From Phycisphaeraceae bacterium (lineage in GTDB: Bacteria; Planctomycetota; Phycisphaerae; Phycisphaerales; Zrk34), in NCBI GenBank assembly GCA_040905565.1, contig JBBDRF010000071.1:1-64000 (forward strand): 64,000 bases of DNA. The letters run 5' to 3'. The translations under genes were made by a program, and so were the position numbers. Below are positions 11,323-19,721 of the stretch, piece by piece; position 1 is the first letter of the stretch; each line of letters begins with the position of its first letter. Under the pieces are notes generated by a model. That model was given only the letters and a program-made list of their open reading frames with translations, searched no databases and was not told the DNA's origin.

Positions 11323-11505
11323 ACGAGCCGCGACCGTGAGGGATCGGTCGTGTGTTGGGGGGCGAAGGGTGTTTTGGATTACCGCTGTGGCAAGGGGAGA
11401 AGCGTCCTCGCATCGTCGGCGTTGGCCCGGGCTCTTGTCGTGACGCGGCACCGGACCGCTCCCTTACGGTCGCGGCTCGTGGTGGGGCGTTTGGCGGGTT
11501 CATGC
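11323..11505. repeat. 183-bp REP-doublet element (family A), direct-repeat copy 2
   Basis: Direct repeat of 10431-10613; contains the stop codon of the ArsR/methyltransferase gene. Confidence 0.9.
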
Positions 11506-12450
11506 TCCACCGCCTTTGCGGGCCACGGCGGCGAAGAGGCCTGGGCCCTTTGCATCTGGCTCGGTCGGCAGGGGGGTGAAGCGGCGGAGGGTGAAGTCGG
11601 CTTCGCTGAGCCAGTCGGCGAGCTGTTCCTGCTCAAAGCCGAGCCAGACGTGGCCCATCTGCTCGCGCATCTCGCGGCGGTCGTGGTGGAGCATGTCGAC
11701 GATTAGAAGCTTGCCGCCGGGCTTGAGCGTTCGGGCGATTTCGGAAAAGACGGCGGCGGGCTCGCTGACGTGATGCAGCACAAGGAAAATCGTCGCGGCA
11801 TCGAGTTGGGCGTCGTCGATCGGCAGGGTGGTGAGGTCGCCTCGGCGGATGTCGACGTTGCTGAGATTGCCCAGCCGAGTGCGGGCGGCTTTGAGCATGG
11901 CGGTGGAGGAATCGACGGCGATGACCTGCTGCACGAACGGGGCGAGGGCCTCGGCGATCTGCCCGGTGCCGCAGCCGAGGTCGGCGATGGTCCAGGTTTC
12001 GTCCAGCAGGGCGGGCAGTGCGAGGAGGTCGAAACGGTCGCCGAAGAACTCGCGGCGGAGCTTGTCCCATTGCCCCGCGGCGGTCGAGAAGAAGGCCTGC
12101 GATCGCGTCTGACGTTCGGCGAGAACGTGGGCCAGTCGCCGCTCGTCCTGATCAATCGTGGCCGTCGAAGCGGTCTGCTCACGGACGAGCTGCCACAGCC
12201 TGCGAGCGCCCGGCTCAAGCTCGGCGGAGCGCATGCGGTAGACGCGACTGGTGCCCTCACGGCGGCTGATGACCCAGCGATCGTCGCCGAGCACCTTGAG
12301 ATGCCGGGAGACCGTCGATTGCGGCAGCTGCAGGACGGCACAGACCTCGGCGACGCTGAGCTCGTGACGCTCCAGCAGACGCAGGGTGCGCGTGCGCGTG
12401 GCGTCGGCCAGGGAACTCATCCACGAAAGCATCGGTGCCGTGCTGGTCAT
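11500..12450 (-). CDS. sahR: ArsR-HTH + SAM-dependent methyltransferase fusion (SahR-type SAM-cycle regulator)
   Basis: LADATRTRTLRLL...LPQSTVSRHLKVL (ArsR) and IADLGCGTG (MTase motif I); upstream of ahcY. Confidence 0.8.
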   Translation of the reverse strand: MTSTAPMLSWMSSLADATRTRTLRLLERHELSVAEVCAVLQLPQSTVSRHLKVLGDDRWVISRREGTSRVYRMRSAELEPGARRLWQLVREQTASTATIDQDERRLAHVLAERQTRSQAFFSTAAGQWDKLRREFFGDRFDLLALPALLDETWTIADLGCGTGQIAEALAPFVQQVIAVDSSTAMLKAARTRLGNLSNVDIRRGDLTTLPIDDAQLDAATIFLVLHHVSEPAAVFSEIARTLKPGGKLLIVDMLHHDRREMREQMGHVWLGFEQEQLADWLSEADFTLRRFTPLPTEPDAKGPGLFAAVARKGGGA

Positions 12451-12472
12451 TGGGGCCTGCGAGAGGGGGTGG

Positions 12473-12504
12473 GCAATCATCCGTTCATCCGGATGAATGA
12501 TTGC
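12473..12504. promoter_or_regulatory. Putative SahR operator (nested palindrome)
   Basis: gcaatcat...atgattgc outer arms enclosing catccg-N6-cggatg and ttcatccggatgaa, about 25 bp upstream of the sahR start. Confidence 0.55.
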
Positions 12505-12578
12505 AGTGTAGGCGGCGGGCGTCAAGTTTGATGGGCGATTTGTGACGTGCTATTTGCGATATTTGTTAAAATTATCGT

Positions 12579-13304
12579 GTGGATGTTACGAGGCCGATCG
12601 TTGGGATTACGCCGGACACGCATACCCATAAGGGGGCGTGGCGGTATGAGTTGACGGCCCACTACGGCCGGTGCGTCGAGGCGGCGGGCGGGGTGCCGGT
12701 GGTGCTGCCGTATCAGCTGGGGTCGATCGGGGCGTACCTCGAACTGTGCGATGCGTTCATCCTCGCCGGCGGGGACGACCCCGATACCCAACCATTCGGC
12801 GAAGCGTTGCACCCCTCGGCGAAGCCGGTCGTGCCCGAGCGGCAGGCTTTCGAGTTAGGCCTGCTGCGGGCGCTCGATGCGACGGCGCATCCGGTGCTGG
12901 GCATCTGTCTGGGGATGCAGTGGATGGCGCTGCACCACGGCGGGAAGCTGCACCAACATCTGCCCGACCTACCGGAGTCCTCGGCGGAGGTTCAGCGTCG
13001 GCACGCCGATGCGGAGCATGCGATTGTGCGGGAGGAGGGGGCCGGTCAGCGATACCTTCCGCTGAGCTGCGGCGTGTTCAGTCATCATCATCAAGCGGTG
13101 GCCGATGCCGGTCGGCTGCGCGTCATCGCGTGCAGCGATGTAGAGACCGGCTCGTTCATCGAAGCGATCGACCTGCCCGGCGAGCGATTCTACCTCGGCG
13201 TGCAATGGCACCCGGAGCGCACCGCAGACCGGCAGGGCGGTGCGGCAGTGTTTGAGAAATTCATCGAAGCATGCCGATCCATTCGCCTCGCCGACGCCAC
13301 CTGA
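12579..13304 (+). CDS. Gamma-glutamyl-gamma-aminobutyrate hydrolase family (peptidase C26, class I GATase)
   Basis: RPIVGIT, PVLGICLGMQ, SHHHQAV and GVQWHPE. Confidence 0.9.
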   Translation: MDVTRPIVGITPDTHTHKGAWRYELTAHYGRCVEAAGGVPVVLPYQLGSIGAYLELCDAFILAGGDDPDTQPFGEALHPSAKPVVPERQAFELGLLRALDATAHPVLGICLGMQWMALHHGGKLHQHLPDLPESSAEVQRRHADAEHAIVREEGAGQRYLPLSCGVFSHHHQAVADAGRLRVIACSDVETGSFIEAIDLPGERFYLGVQWHPERTADRQGGAAVFEKFIEACRSIRLADAT

Positions 13305-13332
13305 ATTTGCGATTCTCCCAACGGAGCCCTTT

Positions 13333-14127
13333 ATGATTTTCGGTATCAACAGCAGCGGCTGGGCGAAAGATTGGTCGCTCGACGCACTCATCGAACACGT
13401 TCTGGCGAACGAACTGCTCGCTCTCGAACTGCAGATGGGGACGGCCCACGGCATCACGACGGAACTGGAAAAGCCGGAGCGCGAAGCGGTACGCGAAAAG
13501 CTCTCGGGTCTGCCCCTCGACATGCTCGGCCTGGCGACGGACGAACGGCTTGATGGCGACGACGCGGCCCGCAAGGCAGCGGTCGAGCGGATTCGGCAGG
13601 TCATGAAGCTGTCGCACGACATCGGCGGTTTCGGCGTGAAGATCGGAGCACGCGATCTACCTCAAGTCGGTCGGCGTGCCGCGATCGCTGGCATCGCCAA
13701 GACGACGAGGGAACTGGCGGACTTCGCGCAGGGATGGGGGCAGCAGGTTCGGCTGGAACTCACCGGCGACTGCGCGGATCCTGAAACGGCGCTGGCGATC
13801 TTCAAAGCGATCGATCATCTCAACGTGAGGCTTTGCTGGGCCTCGCAGCCGGGCGATGTTTCGGAGCGGGGCGTGAAGCGGGATCTGAAGACGCTCAACG
13901 AGCATCTCGGCGAGACGGTGTATGTGGGGCGGCTGGATGACGATCGCTACCCGTATTTTGATCTGCTGACGCAGCTGCGTGACGCGGGCTACCACCATTG
14001 GGTTTTGCTGCGGACCGAGGGCGAGGCCCCGGCAGACGTGGGGGAGGCGATCGCGCAGCAGCGTCGGCTTTTTCGGCGGATCACCAAAGGCGAGCCGAGC
14101 CTGGACAGGCAGCTGGACCGGCGGTGA
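13333..14127 (+). CDS. Sugar-phosphate isomerase/epimerase-like TIM-barrel protein (divergent)
   Basis: WAKDWSLDALIE, HGITTEL, VRLE and YPYFDLL resemble the AP-endonuclease-2 family; metal ligands look degenerate. Confidence 0.6.
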   Translation: MIFGINSSGWAKDWSLDALIEHVLANELLALELQMGTAHGITTELEKPEREAVREKLSGLPLDMLGLATDERLDGDDAARKAAVERIRQVMKLSHDIGGFGVKIGARDLPQVGRRAAIAGIAKTTRELADFAQGWGQQVRLELTGDCADPETALAIFKAIDHLNVRLCWASQPGDVSERGVKRDLKTLNEHLGETVYVGRLDDDRYPYFDLLTQLRDAGYHHWVLLRTEGEAPADVGEAIAQQRRLFRRITKGEPSLDRQLDRR

Positions 14128-14167
14128 AAACCCGGGGCGCAGGTGGGTAGATTTTCCGGCGGACAAC

Positions 14168-14197
14168 TTGATTTTGCAGGCCCCTCGGGCCTAAAAA
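14168..14197 (+). promoter_or_regulatory. Sigma-70-like promoter
   Basis: TTGATT (14168-14173), 18 bp spacer, TAAAAA (14192-14197), directly before a structured region. Confidence 0.45.
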
Positions 14198-14203
14198 ACA
14201 GAA

Positions 14204-14491
14204 GTGCCGGTCAACCAGACCGCGACCGGCGCACCGTGCCTCGGCAGACGTGCCGGGGCGGAAAAGCTCGGCGGTCCGAGACGCCTTGGCCATGCCGCTC
14301 GTACGACGCGAGAAGCATCGGCAAACCCCGGGTGGTCGGCGGGCGACGGCTGAGCAGACACGGTTGAAAGGAGGTGGTCCAGTGCAAATTTCTGACTGTA
14401 GGGGTGGGCTGCGGTAAGCAGCACCGACGGGGTTGTCCCCGCGGCCCCCAAAAGAGTGCCCGCCTCGACATCATGCCGAGGCGGGCTTTTT
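14204..14491 (+). ncRNA. Candidate structured RNA with extended anti-16S sequence and an 11-codon mini-ORF (14382-14417)
   Basis: Serial hairpins, GAAAGGAGGTGGTCCAG at 14366-14382, upstream promoter and downstream terminator; no credible long ORF. Confidence 0.5.
14458..14491 (+). terminator. Intrinsic terminator
   Basis: gcccgcctcg-loop-cgaggcgggc followed by ttttt. Confidence 0.8.
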
Positions 14492-14534
14492 CGTGCGCCT
14501 TCCCCGGCCAAGGCCGAGGCTATGTACGGCGTGT

Positions 14535-15620
14535 TCACGCGGTGCCGGCGATGGGCTGGCGTGCCTTGATGCCCTGCTGCTGAGCGGGCGAGACGCCCAT
14601 GAGGTGTTTCATGATCGCCATCTCGAGTTCCTCGTAGTCGCGGTTGGCGATGCACTCACGCTCGAGGTCGAAGTCCCAGGTGCGGACCTTTTCGACGAGC
14701 ATTTCGAAGATGGCTTTGGAGTTGGCCAGATGCTTGTGGCCGGCTTCCTGCTTCGTCGTGCGCATCGCTTTGACGTCGAGGCCGACGAAGCGGTTGGTGC
14801 TGGCGTAGTCGGCAGCCTCGAGCACACGCACCTGGTTCCACGCGGCACGAAGGTTGGAGCTGCCGAAGGCTTTGTCCTGATCGTATTTCAGCGAGTTCTG
14901 ATCGTTCAGGTGCACCGACCACAGCTTGCCGAAGCTCAGGGCGAAGGCCATGTCGTCGGAGGGGTCCAGACCGGCGAGGAGGGAGTGCGCGGTTTCGATG
15001 AGGGCGCCCATGCGGGCTGGGTCACGGGAGGCCTGCCCGAGTGCGAGGGCGTGGCCGACGGTGGGGATGTACGCGTGGTCCATCGGCTCGTTGGGCTTGG
15101 GCTCGAAGACGATCTGGATTTTGTCGTCGTATTCGAGCAGCTGGTTCACCGCATCGAGCAGGTGCCGATGTGAGTCGATGGCGTTCTTCGCTTCGCGGAT
15201 GTATGTGCCTTCGCGGGCGAGCCAGAGGACGAGGAGGTTGTTGCCGAGATGGTGGGCGAGGTCGATGGCGCGTTTGCTGCGTTCGATGGCCCACTTGCGG
15301 GTTTCGGGGTCGTTGGCGGTGAAGCCGCCGTCCACGCCGCGGGGGTCTTCCCAGAGGCGGGGGGCGCAGATTTCGACGACCAGTCCCTGATCGTCGAGCA
15401 CTTTGCGCAGAGCCTTGGCTTCGTCTTCCATCTGCCGGGCGGACTTGTTGTCGATATCGGGCACGGCATCGTCGTCGTGCAGTTGGATGCCCTCGACGCC
15501 GAGCTGTCTGTAAAGTTTCAGTGTTTTGGCGAACTCTGTGCTTTGTCGGACGCTTGGCCCGAACGGGTCGGCACCTTCAGAGATGTTCCACGGGCCGAAG
15601 GAAAAGCGGTAATCAGACAC
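14535..15620 (-). CDS. xylA: Xylose isomerase (short, class I type)
   Basis: FSFGPWN, HDDD, WLAREG, EPKPNEP, ETAH, HLNDQ and KYDQD. Confidence 0.85.
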   Translation of the reverse strand: MSDYRFSFGPWNISEGADPFGPSVRQSTEFAKTLKLYRQLGVEGIQLHDDDAVPDIDNKSARQMEDEAKALRKVLDDQGLVVEICAPRLWEDPRGVDGGFTANDPETRKWAIERSKRAIDLAHHLGNNLLVLWLAREGTYIREAKNAIDSHRHLLDAVNQLLEYDDKIQIVFEPKPNEPMDHAYIPTVGHALALGQASRDPARMGALIETAHSLLAGLDPSDDMAFALSFGKLWSVHLNDQNSLKYDQDKAFGSSNLRAAWNQVRVLEAADYASTNRFVGLDVKAMRTTKQEAGHKHLANSKAIFEMLVEKVRTWDFDLERECIANRDYEELEMAIMKHLMGVSPAQQQGIKARQPIAGTA

Positions 15621-15733
15621 AGGGTTGCCTCCATAAGAATGAGTAAGATGTTGATTGTCGTACGTGGCGTGCGAAATCGCAAGACTTCTAAAGAACTAAG
15701 TCCGGCGCAGAGATTGTATACCATATCCCGAGC

Positions 15734-15770
15734 AAAAAAAAAAGCCGCCCTCAGCATCTTTGAGGGCGGC
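15734..15770 (-). terminator. Intrinsic terminator
   Basis: A10 tract followed by the hairpin gccgccctca/tgagggcggc. Confidence 0.8.
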
Positions 15771-15794
15771 GTGGAATGGTCAGAGGAGGCTTGG

Positions 15795-17114
15795 TTATTC
15801 GCCGATGCGGATAACGTGGGTGTTGTTGCGGATATAGAGGTCGTCACCGGCGATGGCGATCGAGGATCGGATCTCGTTCTGGTTGGGCGACATTTCGATT
15901 TGGCGGAGCATTTCGCCGTCGTCGGTGCTGAAGATAAACACCTCGCCGAGGAGGTTCTGGAAATAGATGCGGTCGGCGGCGACGGTGGGCGAGCCCCAGG
16001 CCATCGCGAAACCAGGCACATCAACTGTCCAGAGGACTTCGCCGGTGGCGGGGACGACCTTCGAGAGTTTCTTATTAACGTCGGAGAGGACGTAGAAGTG
16101 TCCGTCGTAGAAGGCGGGGGTGGGGACGTCGCTGCTGACGGGGCTGCGTTCGCCGCTGTCCCAGGCGAGGTCAATCGTGCCTTCGCCACCGGCCTCGACG
16201 GCGAAGACGGGCTCACGTTTGGGAGCCGCGCCGATGATGATGCCGTCGCCTGCCACGGGGGACGGGACGGTGCGCCAGTGGGTGATGCGGCGGGGATTCC
16301 AGGTGCCCCAGCGCCACAGCTCTTCGCCGGTCTCCGGATCGTGACCGGTCATGGCGTCGCCGCCTGCAATCAGCAGTTCCTTGCGGCCTTCATGCTCAAA
16401 AGGAATGGCGGTGGTGAACGCTTCGCGGGATTCCTGCTGCGCTTCGGTCGGCCTGACGACGCGGAAGATTTCGTCGCCGGTCTTCGGATCCAGCGCCAGG
16501 AGATAGGATTCGTTGGGCTGGTCTGCGAGGCCGCGTCCGCTGACGGGGACATCCCGCTGGAGGACCTGCAGGTAGAGCTTGCCTTCGTAGAGCGTGGGGC
16601 TGGTCGAGAAGGTCCAGAGGAAGGCGAACTGGCCGTAGTCGGCCTGGATGTTGCGGGCCCAGAGCTGCTCGCCTTCGAAGTTGTAGGCGACCAGATCGCC
16701 GGTGCCGAAGAAGAAGTAGACGATCTCGCCGTCGGTCACGGGAGAGGGGGAGGCGTAGTTGCTTCGGCCGTCCTGCTGATAGCCGGTGCCTGCTTCGTGC
16801 TGCCAGAGAATTTCGCCCGTGTCGCGATCGAGCGCGAAGGCCCAGAGTTTTTCGGTGTTGGGATCAGCCGAGCTGACGAACACGTGGTCGCCATGGACGA
16901 TTGGGGTGCCGGCGGAGGGGCCGGGCATTTCGGTTTTCCACTTGACGTTTTCGGTGGGGGAGAAGTCGACGGGTGGGTTGGCGTCGGTGGAGCCGTCGAA
17001 GTTAGGGCCGCGCCAGTGCGACCAGTTTTCCTCAGCCTGTGCGGGGTTACCGAGTGCGAAGAGTCCGACGGCCGCTGCCGCCACGATCGTGCGTAGTTTG
17101 CTCATTAGTTTCAC
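15795..17114 (-). CDS. Secreted PQQ-binding-like beta-propeller protein (BamB-like)
   Basis: Signal peptide, NWSHWRGP, and repeated ALD..TGE.LW and SP motifs. Confidence 0.9.
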   Translation of the reverse strand: MKLMSKLRTIVAAAAVGLFALGNPAQAEENWSHWRGPNFDGSTDANPPVDFSPTENVKWKTEMPGPSAGTPIVHGDHVFVSSADPNTEKLWAFALDRDTGEILWQHEAGTGYQQDGRSNYASPSPVTDGEIVYFFFGTGDLVAYNFEGEQLWARNIQADYGQFAFLWTFSTSPTLYEGKLYLQVLQRDVPVSGRGLADQPNESYLLALDPKTGDEIFRVVRPTEAQQESREAFTTAIPFEHEGRKELLIAGGDAMTGHDPETGEELWRWGTWNPRRITHWRTVPSPVAGDGIIIGAAPKREPVFAVEAGGEGTIDLAWDSGERSPVSSDVPTPAFYDGHFYVLSDVNKKLSKVVPATGEVLWTVDVPGFAMAWGSPTVAADRIYFQNLLGEVFIFSTDDGEMLRQIEMSPNQNEIRSSIAIAGDDLYIRNNTHVIRIGE

Positions 17115-17309
17115 CTTTCAGCGGGACCCAGTTTGCGTGCGTGTAGCGCGTTTGGGGATTGAAGCCGACGGATGTCGACGCTGTTCATTATCCGCTCCCT
17201 CGGAGCTCCGGGCAACCGTGCATCCGTAGGACGGGCACGGGCCACCATTTTTGTCGCAGGCATGTCGCCGTGGCGGGCGGTGCCCCAGCTTAACCCGTGA
17301 CGCGTGGCC

Positions 17310-18614
17310 TTACGGTTGTTCGTCGACGGCGGCGGCAGTGGCGATGTCCTCTTCGTCGACGTCAGCCTCGGCGGCGGGTTTGATGTCGTCCTTGAACAGC
17401 AGCCAGAAGCCGATCATCACGAAGAACGCGAAGAGAGCGGGGATGGCCCAGAACAGCTGGTAGTTCTGCAGACGCTCAGCGCCGGTCGATTCGCCGATGA
17501 TCGAGTTGAAGAGGCTACCCGACACAAGCATGCCCACGAACATGCCCACGCCCAGCGTCATCTGCACCAGGAAGCCCTGGGCCTGGGCACGGATGGCGGG
17601 CGAGGAGCGTTTTTCCACATAGATCATGCCGGTGACGAAGAAGAAGTCGTAGCAGATGCCGTGGAGGATGATACCGACGAGGATGAGCGGGAAGATGCCT
17701 TCGGGCGCACCGATGGCGAACAGCGCGTACCGCGCCACCCACGCCATCATGCCGATCAGGAGCATCCACTTTACGCCCAGCCTCGAAAAAGCGAACGGCA
17801 TGAGCAGCATGAACAGCAGTTCCGACATCTGCCCGGTGCTCATCCAGCCCGAAACCTGCTCCATGCCCGCATGACCAGCATAAAGGCCAGCAAAACTATA
17901 GTAAGCGGCCAGCGGAATGCAGATCAGCATCGACGCGATGATGAACGTCCAGAATGACTGGCTCGAAAGCTGACGGACGGCATCAAGGCCAATGATCGCC
18001 GAAAGCGTCGGCTTCTGTCCCTTCAGCGGCGGCGGCGTGTGCGGCAGCGTCAGACTATAGAGACCGAGGATGAACCCGGCACCGGCACCCAGGTAGAACG
18101 GCCACACCGTGTGCTCAGCTGTGGCGGTCATGAAGTAGTTAAGCCCGAAGCCCACGAGCAGCCCGGAGGCGATCCAGCCGATCGTGCCGAACACGCGAAT
18201 GATCGGAAACTGCTTACCCGGGTCGGTCATGGTGTTGAACGCGATCGCGTTGGTCAGGCCGATCGTCGGCATGTAGCAGAGCATGTGCAGGATGATCATG
18301 GTGATGAACATCGTCTGGCCGGTGCCATCGGGCATCTGCGCGTAGTAAGGCACAGCGAGCAGCAACGCACCGCCGAGGATGTGCAGCACCGCGAGCACCT
18401 TCTCCGTCGGGAAATACCGGTCGGCGACGAGGCCGAGGAAGAACGGGGAGATCATCGCGCCGATCGGCTGGCTGAGGTACGCGGTGCCGATGATTGCCGC
18501 CATGCCGACCTCTTCGGTGCCCATGTAGATCGCGAGCGGGACCCACCAGACGCCCCACATGAAGAACTGGAGGAACATCATCAGCGACAAGCGTGGGCCT
18601 ACGAGTGACTGCAT
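17310..18614 (-). CDS. MFS nucleoside:H+ symporter family (NupG/XapB/YegT-like)
   Basis: RLSLMMFLQFFMWG, GLVADRYF, FPIIRVFGTIGWI and LHGICYDFFFVTG. Confidence 0.88.
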   Translation of the reverse strand: MQSLVGPRLSLMMFLQFFMWGVWWVPLAIYMGTEEVGMAAIIGTAYLSQPIGAMISPFFLGLVADRYFPTEKVLAVLHILGGALLLAVPYYAQMPDGTGQTMFITMIILHMLCYMPTIGLTNAIAFNTMTDPGKQFPIIRVFGTIGWIASGLLVGFGLNYFMTATAEHTVWPFYLGAGAGFILGLYSLTLPHTPPPLKGQKPTLSAIIGLDAVRQLSSQSFWTFIIASMLICIPLAAYYSFAGLYAGHAGMEQVSGWMSTGQMSELLFMLLMPFAFSRLGVKWMLLIGMMAWVARYALFAIGAPEGIFPLILVGIILHGICYDFFFVTGMIYVEKRSSPAIRAQAQGFLVQMTLGVGMFVGMLVSGSLFNSIIGESTGAERLQNYQLFWAIPALFAFFVMIGFWLLFKDDIKPAAEADVDEEDIATAAAVDEQP

Positions 18615-18915
18615 GAGCGAGATCCTTTTATCGTGGAGCGTCAGGATGTTCGGCGGCGGGGCGGGGCGGGGCTCGCAGCGCACCGCGCGGGAAAATTCGT
18701 GGCCATCAGAGTAACAACCCCGGCAGGGCGGCGAAAGTGGCGTGAGTCGCCGAAAGTGCTCACGGGGAGAAACCCGGGGCGCGTGTGGGGACGGTCACCG
18801 ATGGGCGCCGTTTGCGGCGTTCCCTACCGTATTAAGCGACGACAGGAACAGCCGCTGACCGTTCCCAAAGGCGGAGGTCGGTCAGGTTAGCAGGCCGTCG
18901 TTGGAGGAGGATTCG

Positions 18916-19128
18916 ATGGATTTACTGATGTGGGCTTTGATCTTTTTCGTGGTCGCCGTGATCGCGGCGGTTTTCGGGTTCACCGGCATTGCCGCCGGCG
19001 CTTCGGTGATCGCTCGTGTGCTGTTTTTCATCTTCGTCGTTGTTTTCATCATCTTCCTGGTCATGCACCTGTTGGGCGCGGCTGCGCCGGGGCAGATTGT
19101 CTGGCCAGGGATGGTGCCCGGGGCGTAG
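18916..19128 (+). CDS. DUF1328 small membrane protein (YtjA-like)
   Basis: WALIFFVVAVIAAVFGFTGIAAGASVIARVLFFIF; RBS GGAGG. Confidence 0.88.
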   Translation: MDLLMWALIFFVVAVIAAVFGFTGIAAGASVIARVLFFIFVVVFIIFLVMHLLGAAAPGQIVWPGMVPGA

Positions 19129-19210
19129 CGGGTTGATGTGGGTTCGATGGTTCGAGGGCCTTGGGGCAGCGTGTGCGAGAGTTGCAAGAGAACAGTGACC
19201 AGGGGGGTCT

Positions 19211-19256
19211 GCGGAAGCCCGCGCCGTGGGGGGAGCGGGCTTTCGCATTTTTTTTA
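19211..19256 (+). terminator. Intrinsic terminator
   Basis: gcggaagcccgc/gcgggctttcgc stem followed by a T7 tract. Confidence 0.65.
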
Positions 19257-19366
19257 TTCGCGATCGAGTTGGTTCATGCCGGTTTGAGCCGGTGTATTTT
19301 CCGCGTGCGCAGTTTCGCCGCCGCTCGCCGTCCGAGCCGGTCTGCAATCGCCTTGGAGGTATTGTG

Positions 19367-19702
19367 ATGAGGATCTACGTAGGGAACCTGAATTACGGCA
19401 CGACTGAAGATCTGCTGCGTCAGGCGTTCGAGCAGTTTGGGGTGGTCGACGAAGTGGCGATCATCACGGATCGGGAGACCGGGCGTGCGCGGGGGTTCGG
19501 GTTCGTCACCATGGCCGATTCCGAGTCGGGCCACGGCGCGATCGAAGCGCTCAACGGGACCGAGTTCGACGGCCGCAGGCTGAACATCAACGAAGCGCGG
19601 CCCCGGCCCCGCAGCAACGACGGCGGCGGGTTCGCGCGCGGCGGCGACGCCGGCCCACGCAGCAGCGCCGGTGACGGCGGCGGCGGACGGCACGCCTGGT
19701 GA
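19367..19702 (+). CDS. RRM RNA-binding protein with Gly-rich tail
   Basis: RNP2 IYVGNL and RNP1 RGFGFVTM. Confidence 0.93.
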   Translation: MRIYVGNLNYGTTEDLLRQAFEQFGVVDEVAIITDRETGRARGFGFVTMADSESGHGAIEALNGTEFDGRRLNINEARPRPRSNDGGGFARGGDAGPRSSAGDGGGGRHAW

Positions 19703-19721
19703 CACGCCGGGCGATCATCTA

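Noticed and set aside
10381..11503. Paralogous small ORFs 'MN..NAPPRAATVRERS' (10381-10905 and 11294-11503)
   Set aside because: These are translations of the duplicated REP element, not credible proteins.
14318..14360. c-di-GMP-I riboswitch (GGCAAACC)
   Set aside because: The GAAA-capped P2 and the GGGACGCAAAGC consensus do not follow.
14366..14382. Fragment of a 16S rRNA gene on the minus strand
   Set aside because: Similarity is limited to the terminal 17 nt; the flanks do not continue into helix 45 or 44 sequence.
15249..17096. Long alternative ORFs such as 15249-17096 (+), 3094-4623 (-), 42256-43722 (+) and 50838-52187 (+)
   Set aside because: Antisense shadows of well-supported genes, expected in high-GC DNA; they carry no motifs.
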